DNA of 64,000 nt from Rhodoluna sp. (GTDB lineage Bacteria; Actinomycetota; Actinomycetes; Actinomycetales; Microbacteriaceae), in the NCBI GenBank assembly GCA_024641985.1, contig JAHEBZ010000004.1, positions 105,047 to 169,046 on the forward strand, read 5' to 3'. The notes beneath the pieces were generated by a model. It was given only the letters and a program-made list of their open reading frames with translations, did no database searches and was not told where the DNA came from. The position numbers and the translations under genes are program-made. Every line of letters starts with the position of its first letter. Positions within the stretch are counted from its first letter, which is position 1. Positions 8,043-17,427 of the stretch are shown piece by piece.

Positions 8043-8774
8043 GTGACCGCACCGCTGCTAATAATTCCGATTGCCCTCGAATGGGTGATTCTGGTCACAA
8101 CCCTGGCGCCAATTTTTCTTCCGAGCCGAAGGCTCTTTCTTAAATTTCCGGTTATTGGCCTATTCGTTTGGTTCGCAACGCTTTTGTCTGCTGGCATCGC
8201 GGCACTGATTGCCTTGGCAGTCACGATTTGGTCGGTTGCCGAAACCTGGGTGGCCCTCGAGGCAACCCCCGCCGGCAGCGCCAATTGGCTGGCCGCATTC
8301 TGGGTTAGTTTTGCCCCTTGGTTAATGCTGGCCGCGGCTGGCATTAGCCTGGCTCTGGTTAACCTTCGCATCGAACCGCTGGTTGCAGCCGCCAAGCAAA
8401 CCGCGCCTCTTTTTGATGGCGCTCTGCGACCGGTTCAGAACTTTATGGGTGTTGAGGTGTGCGAAATATCTTTGCCAATCGCGGTTGCTTTTATTCGCAA
8501 TCGCCAAATTGTGCTTTCTTCGGGGGTTCGCCAGGTTCTCACCCAAGAACAATTTGAAGCGGTGCTTTGGCACGAATTAGCTCACGTTCGCGGCAACCAC
8601 AATTCGCTCAAAAGGCTTGCCGGATTTGTTCGAACGGTTAGCCCACGCTTGGCAGCATCGAAGGCTTTGGTAACCCAGGTTGAAATTCTTTGTGAATTAG
8701 CCGCCGATAAGTCTGCGCTAAAGCGTGTGGATGCTCGAACCCTCACCAGCGCTCGAAAAATATTTCTTAGCTGA
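8043..8774 (+). CDS. M56-family (BlaR1-like) membrane metalloprotease without a sensor domain
   Basis: 243 aa. The N-terminal TM segments are followed by the zinc motif WHELAHVRGNH. It is paired with the BlaI-like gene. Confidence 0.8.
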   Translation: MTAPLLIIPIALEWVILVTTLAPIFLPSRRLFLKFPVIGLFVWFATLLSAGIAALIALAVTIWSVAETWVALEATPAGSANWLAAFWVSFAPWLMLAAAGISLALVNLRIEPLVAAAKQTAPLFDGALRPVQNFMGVEVCEISLPIAVAFIRNRQIVLSSGVRQVLTQEQFEAVLWHELAHVRGNHNSLKRLAGFVRTVSPRLAASKALVTQVEILCELAADKSALKRVDARTLTSARKIFLS

Positions 8775-9984
8775 ATAGTTCTTCGGCCAAAACTTGGCCA
8801 GGTTCAAAACCACGGGCGATGGCAAACACTGCCGAGCCAATCGGGGTTGTCCACTTGTTCAAAAGATCAAAGTCGGCTAGCCGTTGCTGAACTGGCAAAT
8901 ATTGCTTAGTGAGGTCTGCCGCATAGGCTGTCCAGAGCAAGCCCGAATCTAACTCGCCCGGTTTGGCGCCAACCACTTGATAGTTAAAAGGGCGCCTAAA
9001 GAATTGCTCGCCTGGGCGTTTTGCAGCGGCCCTGCGAATGTGGGCAAATGGCGGAATCACCTGAAGGCCATTCTCTTTTTTGGCATCGAAGTTGATTGGG
9101 TCAAACTCATTTTTTTGCCCCAGCGGTGCACCCGTGTCGAGGTGCCGGCCAATAACCTCTTCTTTGTCGTTGCGGCCGAGCATGTCCCAGGTTGGCAAAT
9201 TCATCTGGATGCGCCTCAGCGCCAGCTGAGTGCCGCCGATTGCCCATGCCGGGCCACCCGTTATCCAAACCTGGTTTGCAAAGTTTTTGCTGCCGAATTC
9301 GGGGTTGTCGGTGCCGTCAACCTGACCCATCAAGTTGCGCTGCGTTTTGCCCTCGGGGTTGCTGCCAACCGCATTCGTAAACCCAGCCTGCTGCCACCGA
9401 ACTGTGCCAAATGGCTCGCTGTCGCGCAGTAGCGCCCGAGTTGCATGGCTAAGAATTAACAGGTCGTCTGCACCTAACTGAATCAGCACATCGCCACCGG
9501 TGAACTCATCGCGAAGCTGATCAATTTTGAAGCCCGGAAGTTCTGCGAACCCCTCAGGAACCTTTGATTCAAGCCCTAGCTTTTTGAATAGGGCAGGGCC
9601 AAAGCCAACCGTGACGGTCAAATTTGCTGCACCGATCATCAGGTCTGGTTCTGGGTCTGCCAAAACTGGCTCGCCGTTGCACAATCTGGTTATGTCGTCG
9701 GTGAGCAGCACCATCCAGCGCAACATGTCGTCTTTAGTTATTTTGCTGCCAATTTCGAGGCCAATAAAGTTAGCGTGCGCTTGAGCTCGTTGCTCAATGC
9801 CGGCTTGGTGGCTGCCGTTGAAGCTTGATTTTTGCTTGGCAACTTTGGTCTGCGATTTCAATTCGGCGGCTGCAAAACCCTCTCTATACGCCTGGGCAGC
9901 AGCAGCGCCGTTCGCGGCCAAAACTCCGCCAGCGGCACCCGCAGTTGCGAGGCCGCCGAGCAGAATCTGGCGACGAGTGACCAT
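8767..9984 (-). CDS. Tat-exported DyP-type peroxidase (EfeB/DtpA-like)
   Basis: 405 aa. It has the twin-arginine signal MVTRRQILLGG and the DyP core ...FAHIRRA...NYQ. Confidence 0.9.
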   Translation of the reverse strand: MVTRRQILLGGLATAGAAGGVLAANGAAAAQAYREGFAAAELKSQTKVAKQKSSFNGSHQAGIEQRAQAHANFIGLEIGSKITKDDMLRWMVLLTDDITRLCNGEPVLADPEPDLMIGAANLTVTVGFGPALFKKLGLESKVPEGFAELPGFKIDQLRDEFTGGDVLIQLGADDLLILSHATRALLRDSEPFGTVRWQQAGFTNAVGSNPEGKTQRNLMGQVDGTDNPEFGSKNFANQVWITGGPAWAIGGTQLALRRIQMNLPTWDMLGRNDKEEVIGRHLDTGAPLGQKNEFDPINFDAKKENGLQVIPPFAHIRRAAAKRPGEQFFRRPFNYQVVGAKPGELDSGLLWTAYAADLTKQYLPVQQRLADFDLLNKWTTPIGSAVFAIARGFEPGQVLAEELFS

Positions 9985-9989
9985 TGAGC

Positions 9990-10475
9990 TTAGTGGCTCA
10001 TTCCAGGGTCATATGTTTCTTCGCCGGCTGCCGCTGTTTTGGCGAGCATTGGCTTAATGACCAATGGGTTTGCACCGGCAAACTTTAGGGTCAGGTCTAC
10101 TTTGGTGCCGGCAAGAATCGGCTTCTTCAAGCCCATCAGCATCACGTGCAATCCACCCGGCTCGAGGGTTACGGTTTTGCCTGGCATTAGCTTGATTCCT
10201 CGAGCGGTTTTCGACATCACTCCATCAACCACCTGGTGGGTTTCAACCATGCCGGCAATGCTGCTGGTGCCGGTTAGCAATGTAATTGCTCGCTTGGTCT
10301 TATTGGTGATTTTCATAAATACGCCAGTCATTCCACCGGTGTGATCTGAAAACGACGAAGCCTTAACCCAAGCATCGGCTACTACTACCTGTGCTGGCGC
10401 GGCCACAGCCGCTGGGGCAATCGGTGCCAAAAGTGCTGGCACAAGTGCTAGTGATATAAGTGCTGAACGGCGCAC
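9990..10475 (-). CDS. Periplasmic-type copper chaperone PCu(A)C (DUF461)
   Basis: 161 aa with a signal peptide. The Met/His copper motifs MVETHQVVDGVM and GGLHVMLMG are present. Confidence 0.85.
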   Translation of the reverse strand: MRRSALISLALVPALLAPIAPAAVAAPAQVVVADAWVKASSFSDHTGGMTGVFMKITNKTKRAITLLTGTSSIAGMVETHQVVDGVMSKTARGIKLMPGKTVTLEPGGLHVMLMGLKKPILAGTKVDLTLKFAGANPLVIKPMLAKTAAAGEETYDPGMSH

Positions 10476-10541
10476 GTTGCCCTCCTATACATTGCGTAGA
10501 AACGAGCCTACTCTACGATTTGTAGAGCAGGCAAGTCGGTT

Positions 10542-11126
10542 CTATAGGTTGGGTTGCGATGCCGCTTTGCGGCGGCGAAGCAGCAGCACGATCGATGCGA
10601 TGGCAGCCACGGCAACCGTGCCGATCACAATAATCAGAGTGGTGTTTGAGTTTGCTCTTGCCAACTCTTCGGCATGCTCGGCGTCGGTGTGAGTTGCAGT
10701 TGGCGCGGGTGCAATAACCACGTTTTGCGCCACTTCGCCTACTTCAAATTTGTATGAGCCCTCAATCGGGTGGCCATCTTCAGACACAACGCGATAGGTG
10801 ACCGTGTAAGTGCCATTGCCGAAACCTGGCTTGATGCCAACCGAAACAACGGCTGCATCAACCACGATGGTTTCGTCGTCAACCTTGGCGCCATTTGCGT
10901 CAACCACGGTGATGATGTTTGAGCCCTCAGAGCCATCGAGGGTCATGATGTTTTCGCCAAAAGTTAGGTCGATGTATTCGGGCAGGGCACCAATTAACGA
11001 GTCGGCTGCGGGCGATGCCTCAACCAATTCGGCGTGGGCGCTTGCCGGCAATACAGAGCCCAACACGGCCGAAAGGCCGAGTGCTATAGCGGCAAAGCCG
11101 CTCGCGATTTTTTTCGAAATAGCCAC
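10542..11126 (-). CDS. CopC-domain copper-binding protein with a C-terminal membrane anchor
   Basis: 194 aa. The signal peptide ends ASA-HAELVEASP, giving a mature N-terminal His. The beta-sandwich CopC pattern VVSEDGHPIEG is present, followed by a C-terminal TM segment and RRRK. Confidence 0.85.
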   Translation of the reverse strand: MAISKKIASGFAAIALGLSAVLGSVLPASAHAELVEASPAADSLIGALPEYIDLTFGENIMTLDGSEGSNIITVVDANGAKVDDETIVVDAAVVSVGIKPGFGNGTYTVTYRVVSEDGHPIEGSYKFEVGEVAQNVVIAPAPTATHTDAEHAEELARANSNTTLIIVIGTVAVAAIASIVLLLRRRKAASQPNL

Positions 11127-11148
11127 GCTAGAAACCTTTAATTCGAAT

Positions 11149-11751
11149 TTAGTTGTTGCCCTCTAGTGGCGTGTTGCCCACATCGGTGCGATAAAAATTC
11201 ATATAGCTGCGCGAGGCGGTTGGCCCACGCTGGCCCTGATAGCGGTTCAAATATTTTGCTGAACCGTAGGGCGTTTCAGATGGTGACGAAAGCTGGAAGA
11301 AACATAGCTGACCGATCTTCATGCCTGGCCAAAGCTTGATTGGCAAAGTTGCCATGTTCGAAAGCTCGAGGGTCACGTGGCCGTTAAAACCGGGGTCAAC
11401 AAAGCCAGCGGTCGAGTGGGTTACTAAACCAAGGCGGCCAAGTGAGCTCTTGCCCTCGAGGCGTGCCGCAACGTTGTCGGGCAGCTTCACGAACTCATAG
11501 GTTGAACCAAGCACAAACTCACCCGGGTGCAAAATAAAAGGCTCGTCCGGCGCAACCTCAACAAAGCGGGTTAGGTCTTCTTGCGGCTCAGCTGGGTCGA
11601 TGAACGCATACTTGTGGTTGTCGAAGAGCCTAAAGAATCGATCGATGCGAACATCAAAAGATGATGGCTGCAAAAGCGACATATCGAGTGGCTCAAGGCC
11701 AATCTGGCCGGCTTCGATGGATGCGCGGATATCGCGGTCTGACATAAGCAT
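11149..11751 (-). CDS. dcd: dCTP deaminase
   Basis: 200 aa. [15 protein letters not shown]...LQPSSFDVR...[14 protein letters not shown] are classic Dcd motifs. Confidence 0.9.
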   Translation of the reverse strand: MLMSDRDIRASIEAGQIGLEPLDMSLLQPSSFDVRIDRFFRLFDNHKYAFIDPAEPQEDLTRFVEVAPDEPFILHPGEFVLGSTYEFVKLPDNVAARLEGKSSLGRLGLVTHSTAGFVDPGFNGHVTLELSNMATLPIKLWPGMKIGQLCFFQLSSPSETPYGSAKYLNRYQGQRGPTASRSYMNFYRTDVGNTPLEGNN

Positions 11752-11823
11752 GCTTCAAGTTTAGCGGCAGCGGCTCAAACCAAGCCTTTTTGAAAGCGGT
11801 CGCCGCCAAATCAAACGCGAGCG

Positions 11824-13980
11824 CTAGTGGTCGAGGCCAACCTTCTTGTAAATCTTTTTCATCCACCTTGGCGCCCACCAGTTTGCCTGGCCAAACAAGC
11901 GCATCAGCGCTGGCACCAAAAGGGCCCGCACCACGGTGGCATCGAGCAAAATCGCAAAGGCAATGCCTAAGCCCAGAGCCTTCATGATCGTGACCCCAGA
12001 GGTGGCAAAAGCGATAAAACTAAACGCCAGAACCAGAGCCGCAGCCGTAATAATGCGGCCCGATTTTTGCAAGCCGATGGCCACCGATTCGGTGGTGCCA
12101 AGCCCGGCATCGTGTTGCTCTTTAATGCGGCTAAGCAAGAACAGCTCGTAATCCATCGACAAGCCAAAGGCCACAACCGCAATCAGAATCGTGGTCGATG
12201 TGTCGACAGTGCCGGTCACAAAGAAATCGCCGATCAGCCATTTTAGGTGCCCACCCATAAACACCCAGGTGATGAAGCCCAGGGTTGCGCCAAGTGAAAG
12301 CATGTTCAAAATTACGGCCTTGATTGGCAGCAGCACCGAGCCGGTGAACAAGAACAAGAACAAGAGTGTCCAGAGCACAATCCAGGTGACCACCAGCGGC
12401 AGGGCGTGCTCGATGCCTCGCTGAGAATCGCTATAAACCGCGGCCGAACCGCCCACCAAAACCTCGTGGCCGTTTGCTTTTAGTTCGCGAACGGCATCGG
12501 TTAGTTCAACACCCGCTGGCGAGCGCGATTCGATGTCGTGAATTGCTACCACTCGCTGCAATTTGCCTTCTACATAGGCGGCGAATGCCGGTGCATAACC
12601 ATCGTCGAGTTGCCCCTGCGAGGCAATGCCAGCGGTGCTTTGCACGCGCACAATATTTGGCAAGGTTGAAAGCTCGATTGCATATTCAGCGATGTCGTCT
12701 TGGGTTGCACCCTCGATGATGATTTCGATTGGCGAGCCCTCGCGGCCGCTAAAACGCTCGCGCACAACATTTGTGGCCACCACAACTTGGCTGTTCTGCG
12801 GCAAAATTCGGTCGTCAACCTGCCCAAACTGAACACCGTTGCCAAGGCTCACCAAACCACCAAGACCCGCCAACGTGACAAGCAAAATTGCCACCGGTCG
12901 CTTCATCACAAAACGCGCAACCGATGCCCATGCGCCAGATTCTGCCGATTTTGGCTCTCGTTTTTGCAGCCTGATCGCATTAACTTTGTCGCCAATTAAG
13001 TTCAGCATTGCCGGCAGGGCAATCAAAGCCCCGGCCACCGCCAAAATAACCACAACCACGCCGCCGAGCGCAAATGATTTTAAGAAGTACTGCGGAAAGA
13101 ACGCCAGCGAGGCAAGCACGATTGCCACCGTGAGACCCGAGAACAACACTGTGCGACCGGCAGTTTCGACAGTGTGCTTTACCGAGATCTCGACCGAGTT
13201 GCCTGCAGCGCGTTCTTCTCTGAATCGGTTCACCATAAGCAAGGCATAGTCGATGCCAAGGCCAAGACCCAGGCCGGTGATCAGGTTGAGGGCAAAGATT
13301 GAGGTGTCGGTGAGTTGGGTCGAAATCCAAACGAAAAAGAACGAACCAATAATGGCAAGGCCGCCAACCATCAGCGGCAAGCCGGCCGCAACAAGCGAAC
13401 CAAAAACAAATACCAGCAAAATAACGGTCAGCGGAATTGCAACCGATTCGGCCGCGGCTAAGTCGGTTTGAATACTGCCGTTGATGGCCGCGTTGACCGC
13501 TGCAAACCCTGCCACATAAACCGTTCCGGTTTGATACTCGCCCGAAAAGGCATCCGAGATTTTTTTGCCAATTGCAGCTTGTTTGGCTTGGTCGTCTAGA
13601 TCAACAAAAACATAAATCGCTTTGCCGTCGTCAGAGCGAAGCGATGCCGGCGAACCCAGTTTGTAATAGCTGGTGACTTGCTCGACGCCCTTGATTGATT
13701 CGAGTTCGCGAGCCAAATTTTGGGTGGTTTCTTTGCTGGCCAGCGAGTCGGCGCCGGCTTCAAAATCAACCACCATCACAACCTCGGCGGTTGACTGATC
13801 AAAGTCGTCGCGAAGCAGCTCGGCAACCTTTGCCGAATTGCTGCCCGGGTCGTCATAGCCGCCCGACTTTAGCGCGCCAAAAGATTGGAATCCCCAGAAA
13901 CTCGAGAGCAATATCAGCGCGATAAAGCCGAACAGCGACTTTTTGCTGTTGCGCACCAAAAACTTGCCCAGACGTTTCAA
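11824..13980 (-). CDS. MMPL-family (RND superfamily) membrane transporter
   Basis: 718 aa. It has two 6-TM bundles with extracytoplasmic loops, and an N-terminus typical of MMPL proteins. Confidence 0.85.
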   Translation of the reverse strand: MKRLGKFLVRNSKKSLFGFIALILLSSFWGFQSFGALKSGGYDDPGSNSAKVAELLRDDFDQSTAEVVMVVDFEAGADSLASKETTQNLARELESIKGVEQVTSYYKLGSPASLRSDDGKAIYVFVDLDDQAKQAAIGKKISDAFSGEYQTGTVYVAGFAAVNAAINGSIQTDLAAAESVAIPLTVILLVFVFGSLVAAGLPLMVGGLAIIGSFFFVWISTQLTDTSIFALNLITGLGLGLGIDYALLMVNRFREERAAGNSVEISVKHTVETAGRTVLFSGLTVAIVLASLAFFPQYFLKSFALGGVVVVILAVAGALIALPAMLNLIGDKVNAIRLQKREPKSAESGAWASVARFVMKRPVAILLVTLAGLGGLVSLGNGVQFGQVDDRILPQNSQVVVATNVVRERFSGREGSPIEIIIEGATQDDIAEYAIELSTLPNIVRVQSTAGIASQGQLDDGYAPAFAAYVEGKLQRVVAIHDIESRSPAGVELTDAVRELKANGHEVLVGGSAAVYSDSQRGIEHALPLVVTWIVLWTLLFLFLFTGSVLLPIKAVILNMLSLGATLGFITWVFMGGHLKWLIGDFFVTGTVDTSTTILIAVVAFGLSMDYELFLLSRIKEQHDAGLGTTESVAIGLQKSGRIITAAALVLAFSFIAFATSGVTIMKALGLGIAFAILLDATVVRALLVPALMRLFGQANWWAPRWMKKIYKKVGLDH

Positions 13981-13992
13981 TTTGACCCCTTG

Positions 13993-15357
13993 TTAGAAAA
14001 GTTTGGCAACACTTGCCGTTGGTGTGCCGGCCATAAAGCGCAGCACATCTTGGTCAACCATCACGTCACTCATTTTTATTGCACGCGTCAGATACAGGCC
14101 ATCTAGCGAACGCACTCGGCTCAACGCCACATACGTTTGGCCCGGGCTAAAGGCGCCCCTGCCCATGTCGATCACAACTTCATCATAGGTTTGACCCTGC
14201 GATTTGTGAACCGTTACCGCCCACGCCAACCGAAGCGGAATTTGCTGGAACTCGGCCAACGGAACGGCAATCAGAACCTCTTTGACCTTGCCGGTTTCTT
14301 CGTCGAACTGCTCATCGATCTCATAGCGAACCTTCTCCCAGGTTGATCTGCCAACCTCGAGGCGTTCGCCATCAACCTCAACTATCACCCCACCCGAACT
14401 TGGCAGTTCGAGAACCCGGCCGATGGTGCCGTTGACCCAGCGTTTGATTGGGCCGGTGGGGCCCTTTTTGGTGCTCGAGTCATCGTTTTTGATAAACATC
14501 ACCTGGGCGCCAACTTTTAACTCAACAACTGGCTCGGCGGGCAGGGTTCGGCCAAAGGCCTTTTCGTCGGCTGCGCTAAACACCGCATCGAATCGTTTTG
14601 GGGTGGTTTCAATGCGCGCCATTCGTGCCCGGTTCACGCTGTTCACCGATTCGTTAATGGTGGCCAGCCGAATCACGTCGTCGTGCGGCGGAAACCTGTT
14701 GCCGCAGGTGTTGATGTAGTCGAGCATCTCTTGGGTGCAAGAGCCATCACGAATCGCGTTCAAGATTGTTTTAAAGTGTTCGTCGTGCTGCCTAAAAATT
14801 TCGCTCAGTTCATAGCGCTCAAGGCTGTCTTCGCGCCAAACATGGGCATCAAAGAACCAGTTGCTCTGATAATTTTCGGCCATGTATGCGCGCTCGTCGT
14901 TGTTGCCAGGCACCGGTGCCAACTGATATGGGTCGCCAAACATAACCACTTGGGCACCACCGAAAGGCAGTTTGCGGCGGCCACGAGCAATGCCCATCGC
15001 CCGGCTCATGGTGTCCATCAGGTCGGCGTTAACCATCGAAACTTCGTCGATCACCAGCATGTCGATAGCCGCCAAAACCTCGCGGGTGCGGCGGTTTAGG
15101 TGCCGGCCAATATCTTCGGTGCCCAAAATTCCAAACGGAAAACCAAAGAGCGAGTGGATGGTTACGCCGCCCACGTTCAGTGCCGCAACCCCGGTTGGCG
15201 CACATACGGCGAATTTCTTTTTGGTGTTGTCGATCAGATAGCTGAGCAGCGTTGACTTGCCGGTGCCAGCGCGGCCGGTCACAAAGATGTTGTTTTCAGA
15301 ACCTTCGATGTAGTCAAAGAGGTTTTGCTGTTCGGTTGAGAGGGTTACTTGTTCCAT
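13993..15357 (-). CDS. Pif1/RecD-like SF1B ATP-dependent DNA helicase
   Basis: 454 aa. It has Walker A GRAGTGKST, DEVSMV, GDPYQLAPV, HKSQGQTYD and YVALSRV. Its ATG overlaps the upstream stop (TAATG at 15355-15359). Confidence 0.85.
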   Translation of the reverse strand: MEQVTLSTEQQNLFDYIEGSENNIFVTGRAGTGKSTLLSYLIDNTKKKFAVCAPTGVAALNVGGVTIHSLFGFPFGILGTEDIGRHLNRRTREVLAAIDMLVIDEVSMVNADLMDTMSRAMGIARGRRKLPFGGAQVVMFGDPYQLAPVPGNNDERAYMAENYQSNWFFDAHVWREDSLERYELSEIFRQHDEHFKTILNAIRDGSCTQEMLDYINTCGNRFPPHDDVIRLATINESVNSVNRARMARIETTPKRFDAVFSAADEKAFGRTLPAEPVVELKVGAQVMFIKNDDSSTKKGPTGPIKRWVNGTIGRVLELPSSGGVIVEVDGERLEVGRSTWEKVRYEIDEQFDEETGKVKEVLIAVPLAEFQQIPLRLAWAVTVHKSQGQTYDEVVIDMGRGAFSPGQTYVALSRVRSLDGLYLTRAIKMSDVMVDQDVLRFMAGTPTASVAKLF

Positions 15358-17384
15358 TAGCTGCTCTCATCCTGGGTATTAACCTCATTAGCGCGCTCGG
15401 CCTGGCGCTGATCGCGCTGAGCCAATTTAGCCAACATCGCGTTGTAGTCGGTTACATCTTGGTTGCCGGTGCGGTCGCTTTGGCGATCGAGCCGCTTGGC
15501 ATCGCGGCTATCAGACTTAAACCACTGCACACAAACAATGATGGTGAGGGCCGCGGTTGGCATTTCGCCGATTCCCCAGGCAATAGCCCCGCCGGTGTGC
15601 TGATCATCGATTGGGCTTTGGCCCCAGGTTCTGCCCATGGCCCCATACCAGTCGGGCAACAGCAGCCCCGAGCCATCCATGAGGCTTAGGCCAAAGAATG
15701 CGTGAAATGCCATTGCGCCAATCAGCATCAGCAGGCGCAACGGAAAACCAAGTCGAACCGGGCCAGGGTCGATGCCGATCAAGGCTTGGGCGAAAAGATA
15801 GCCGGTGATCAAGAAATGCACAATCATCCATTGATGCCCAAGGTGCTCGTTGGTGGCCCAGGCAAAAAGTGGCGTGTAATAAAAAGTGACCAGCGAGCTG
15901 GCAAACAGAACGGCCGCAACGATTGGGTGAGCAACGAAGCGCGCATATTTGGTGTGCACCGCCCAAAGCACCCATTCGCGCAACCCACGCGAACCATCGT
16001 GGCGTTTTTCGGTGGCGCGCATAATCAAGGTCACCGGTGCTCCGGGCACAAGCAGCACCGGAATTCCCATGGCCAAAATCATGTGGCCAATCATGTGAAT
16101 GCTAAACAAATACTCTTGGTAAGCATTTAGGGCACCGCTGGTTGTGTAGATCAGCACGAGCATTCCGGTGATCCAAGAAATTGTGCGGGCCAGCGGCCAC
16201 TTGTCGCCGCGTTTGTTGAGGCGATAAACACCAAACAGGTATAGGCCAATGGCGGCAAGGCAAATGACTAGCCAAACCAAGTCAAGCTTCCAGGCGGTGA
16301 TCAGGCTTTCGGCGGTGAACGGCGATGGAAGTGGTTCGCCGGTCAAAATTTGTGCCGGGGTTGGGTCTACGATCCCGCTGCCATCTAACGGCGGTGCGGT
16401 GCGTGCTAGCGCTGTTGCTAGACCGATGGCTGCCCCCATGATTAAAAACTCTACGGCTGCTAACCGCCAAAACGCCTTGCCCTGGCTTTCACCAAGCGAC
16501 AACCGGCCAATGAGGCGAAGGCGATACACAGCACCAAAAACGCCAAGCAAAACCAACGCCCCAACCTTGAACACCAAAATGCTGCCATAAGCACTGCTCA
16601 ACTCGGTTAGGTCGATTCGCAACGATGCCGAGCCAAGCCCCGAAACGGCGACCAAAGCAAACGAAATTAGGGCGAGGGTTGAATATCGCTTTACCAGGGC
16701 TGCCGATTGCTCTGCCGTTTCGCCTCGCACCACAAAAAGTGCCACCAATCCGCCAACCCAAACAACGATGGCAACCAGGTGCATGCCAAGCGAGTTCACT
16801 GCCATGGCGTGGCCGGCCGAGCCAGCGGCGTGGCCAATTAGAGCCAGCGGCACCAAAGCTGCCAATGCCAGCGCCGCCAATAGCAGTGTGGAGGTAAGGC
16901 TTCTGAATGCGATCACCAGCGCGCTCAACATAACCGCGAGGGCAAGGTTAATAGCTAGCGATTGGCCTAGCTCGATGTCGGTCGCGAACATATAGAGGCT
17001 GGTGCCAAAAGTTGCCTCTGCTGAGAAGACCGACCCACTGATTGAGAGGTAGGTGAACAGAAAATTTGCTGCCCCCGAAACAGCCCAGAGCACCGCGCCG
17101 AAGGCGCTTAAATTTTGCGCGCGATTTAAGTTCTTTGAACTAGGGCTTAGGGCAAAAGCTGCAAACACCAACGAGCCGGCCGCAATCGCCATGGCAACGT
17201 TCATCACATTTTTTGCGATTGGCAATCCCCAGCGCACTGTTTCGCCCGGGTCGGCAAGCTCTGAAGCTGCTGCACCGCCGCCAATTATTAATCCGGCTAC
17301 CAATGCCGCAACGCCAGCAAAGGTTAACGCAGCAACTGCCCAAGTTGCGCGCAAGAGGCTTTGGTTTTGCTGGTCTGAAGGCAC
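15357..17384 (-). CDS. CopD-domain / cytochrome c oxidase assembly CtaG (caa3-type) fusion membrane protein
   Basis: 675 aa and polytopic. The N-terminal half is CopD-like, and the C-terminal half carries the His-rich TM pattern of caa3_CtaG (HMIGHMILAM, HFLITGY). This matches a common actinobacterial fusion. Confidence 0.8.
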   Translation of the reverse strand: MPSDQQNQSLLRATWAVAALTFAGVAALVAGLIIGGGAAASELADPGETVRWGLPIAKNVMNVAMAIAAGSLVFAAFALSPSSKNLNRAQNLSAFGAVLWAVSGAANFLFTYLSISGSVFSAEATFGTSLYMFATDIELGQSLAINLALAVMLSALVIAFRSLTSTLLLAALALAALVPLALIGHAAGSAGHAMAVNSLGMHLVAIVVWVGGLVALFVVRGETAEQSAALVKRYSTLALISFALVAVSGLGSASLRIDLTELSSAYGSILVFKVGALVLLGVFGAVYRLRLIGRLSLGESQGKAFWRLAAVEFLIMGAAIGLATALARTAPPLDGSGIVDPTPAQILTGEPLPSPFTAESLITAWKLDLVWLVICLAAIGLYLFGVYRLNKRGDKWPLARTISWITGMLVLIYTTSGALNAYQEYLFSIHMIGHMILAMGIPVLLVPGAPVTLIMRATEKRHDGSRGLREWVLWAVHTKYARFVAHPIVAAVLFASSLVTFYYTPLFAWATNEHLGHQWMIVHFLITGYLFAQALIGIDPGPVRLGFPLRLLMLIGAMAFHAFFGLSLMDGSGLLLPDWYGAMGRTWGQSPIDDQHTGGAIAWGIGEMPTAALTIIVCVQWFKSDSRDAKRLDRQSDRTGNQDVTDYNAMLAKLAQRDQRQAERANEVNTQDESS

Positions 17385-17427
17385 CGATTAAGCCTACCCT
17401 CGACCCATCAACTAATGGCCGACTGCG

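Noticed and set aside
10476-10541. Small dyads (CTCTAC-N5-GTAGAG, TAC-N5-GTA) between CopC and PCu(A)C, considered as CopY/BlaI-type boxes.
   Set aside because: They do not match TACAnnTGTA or any operator I know, and 6-bp arms are expected by chance.
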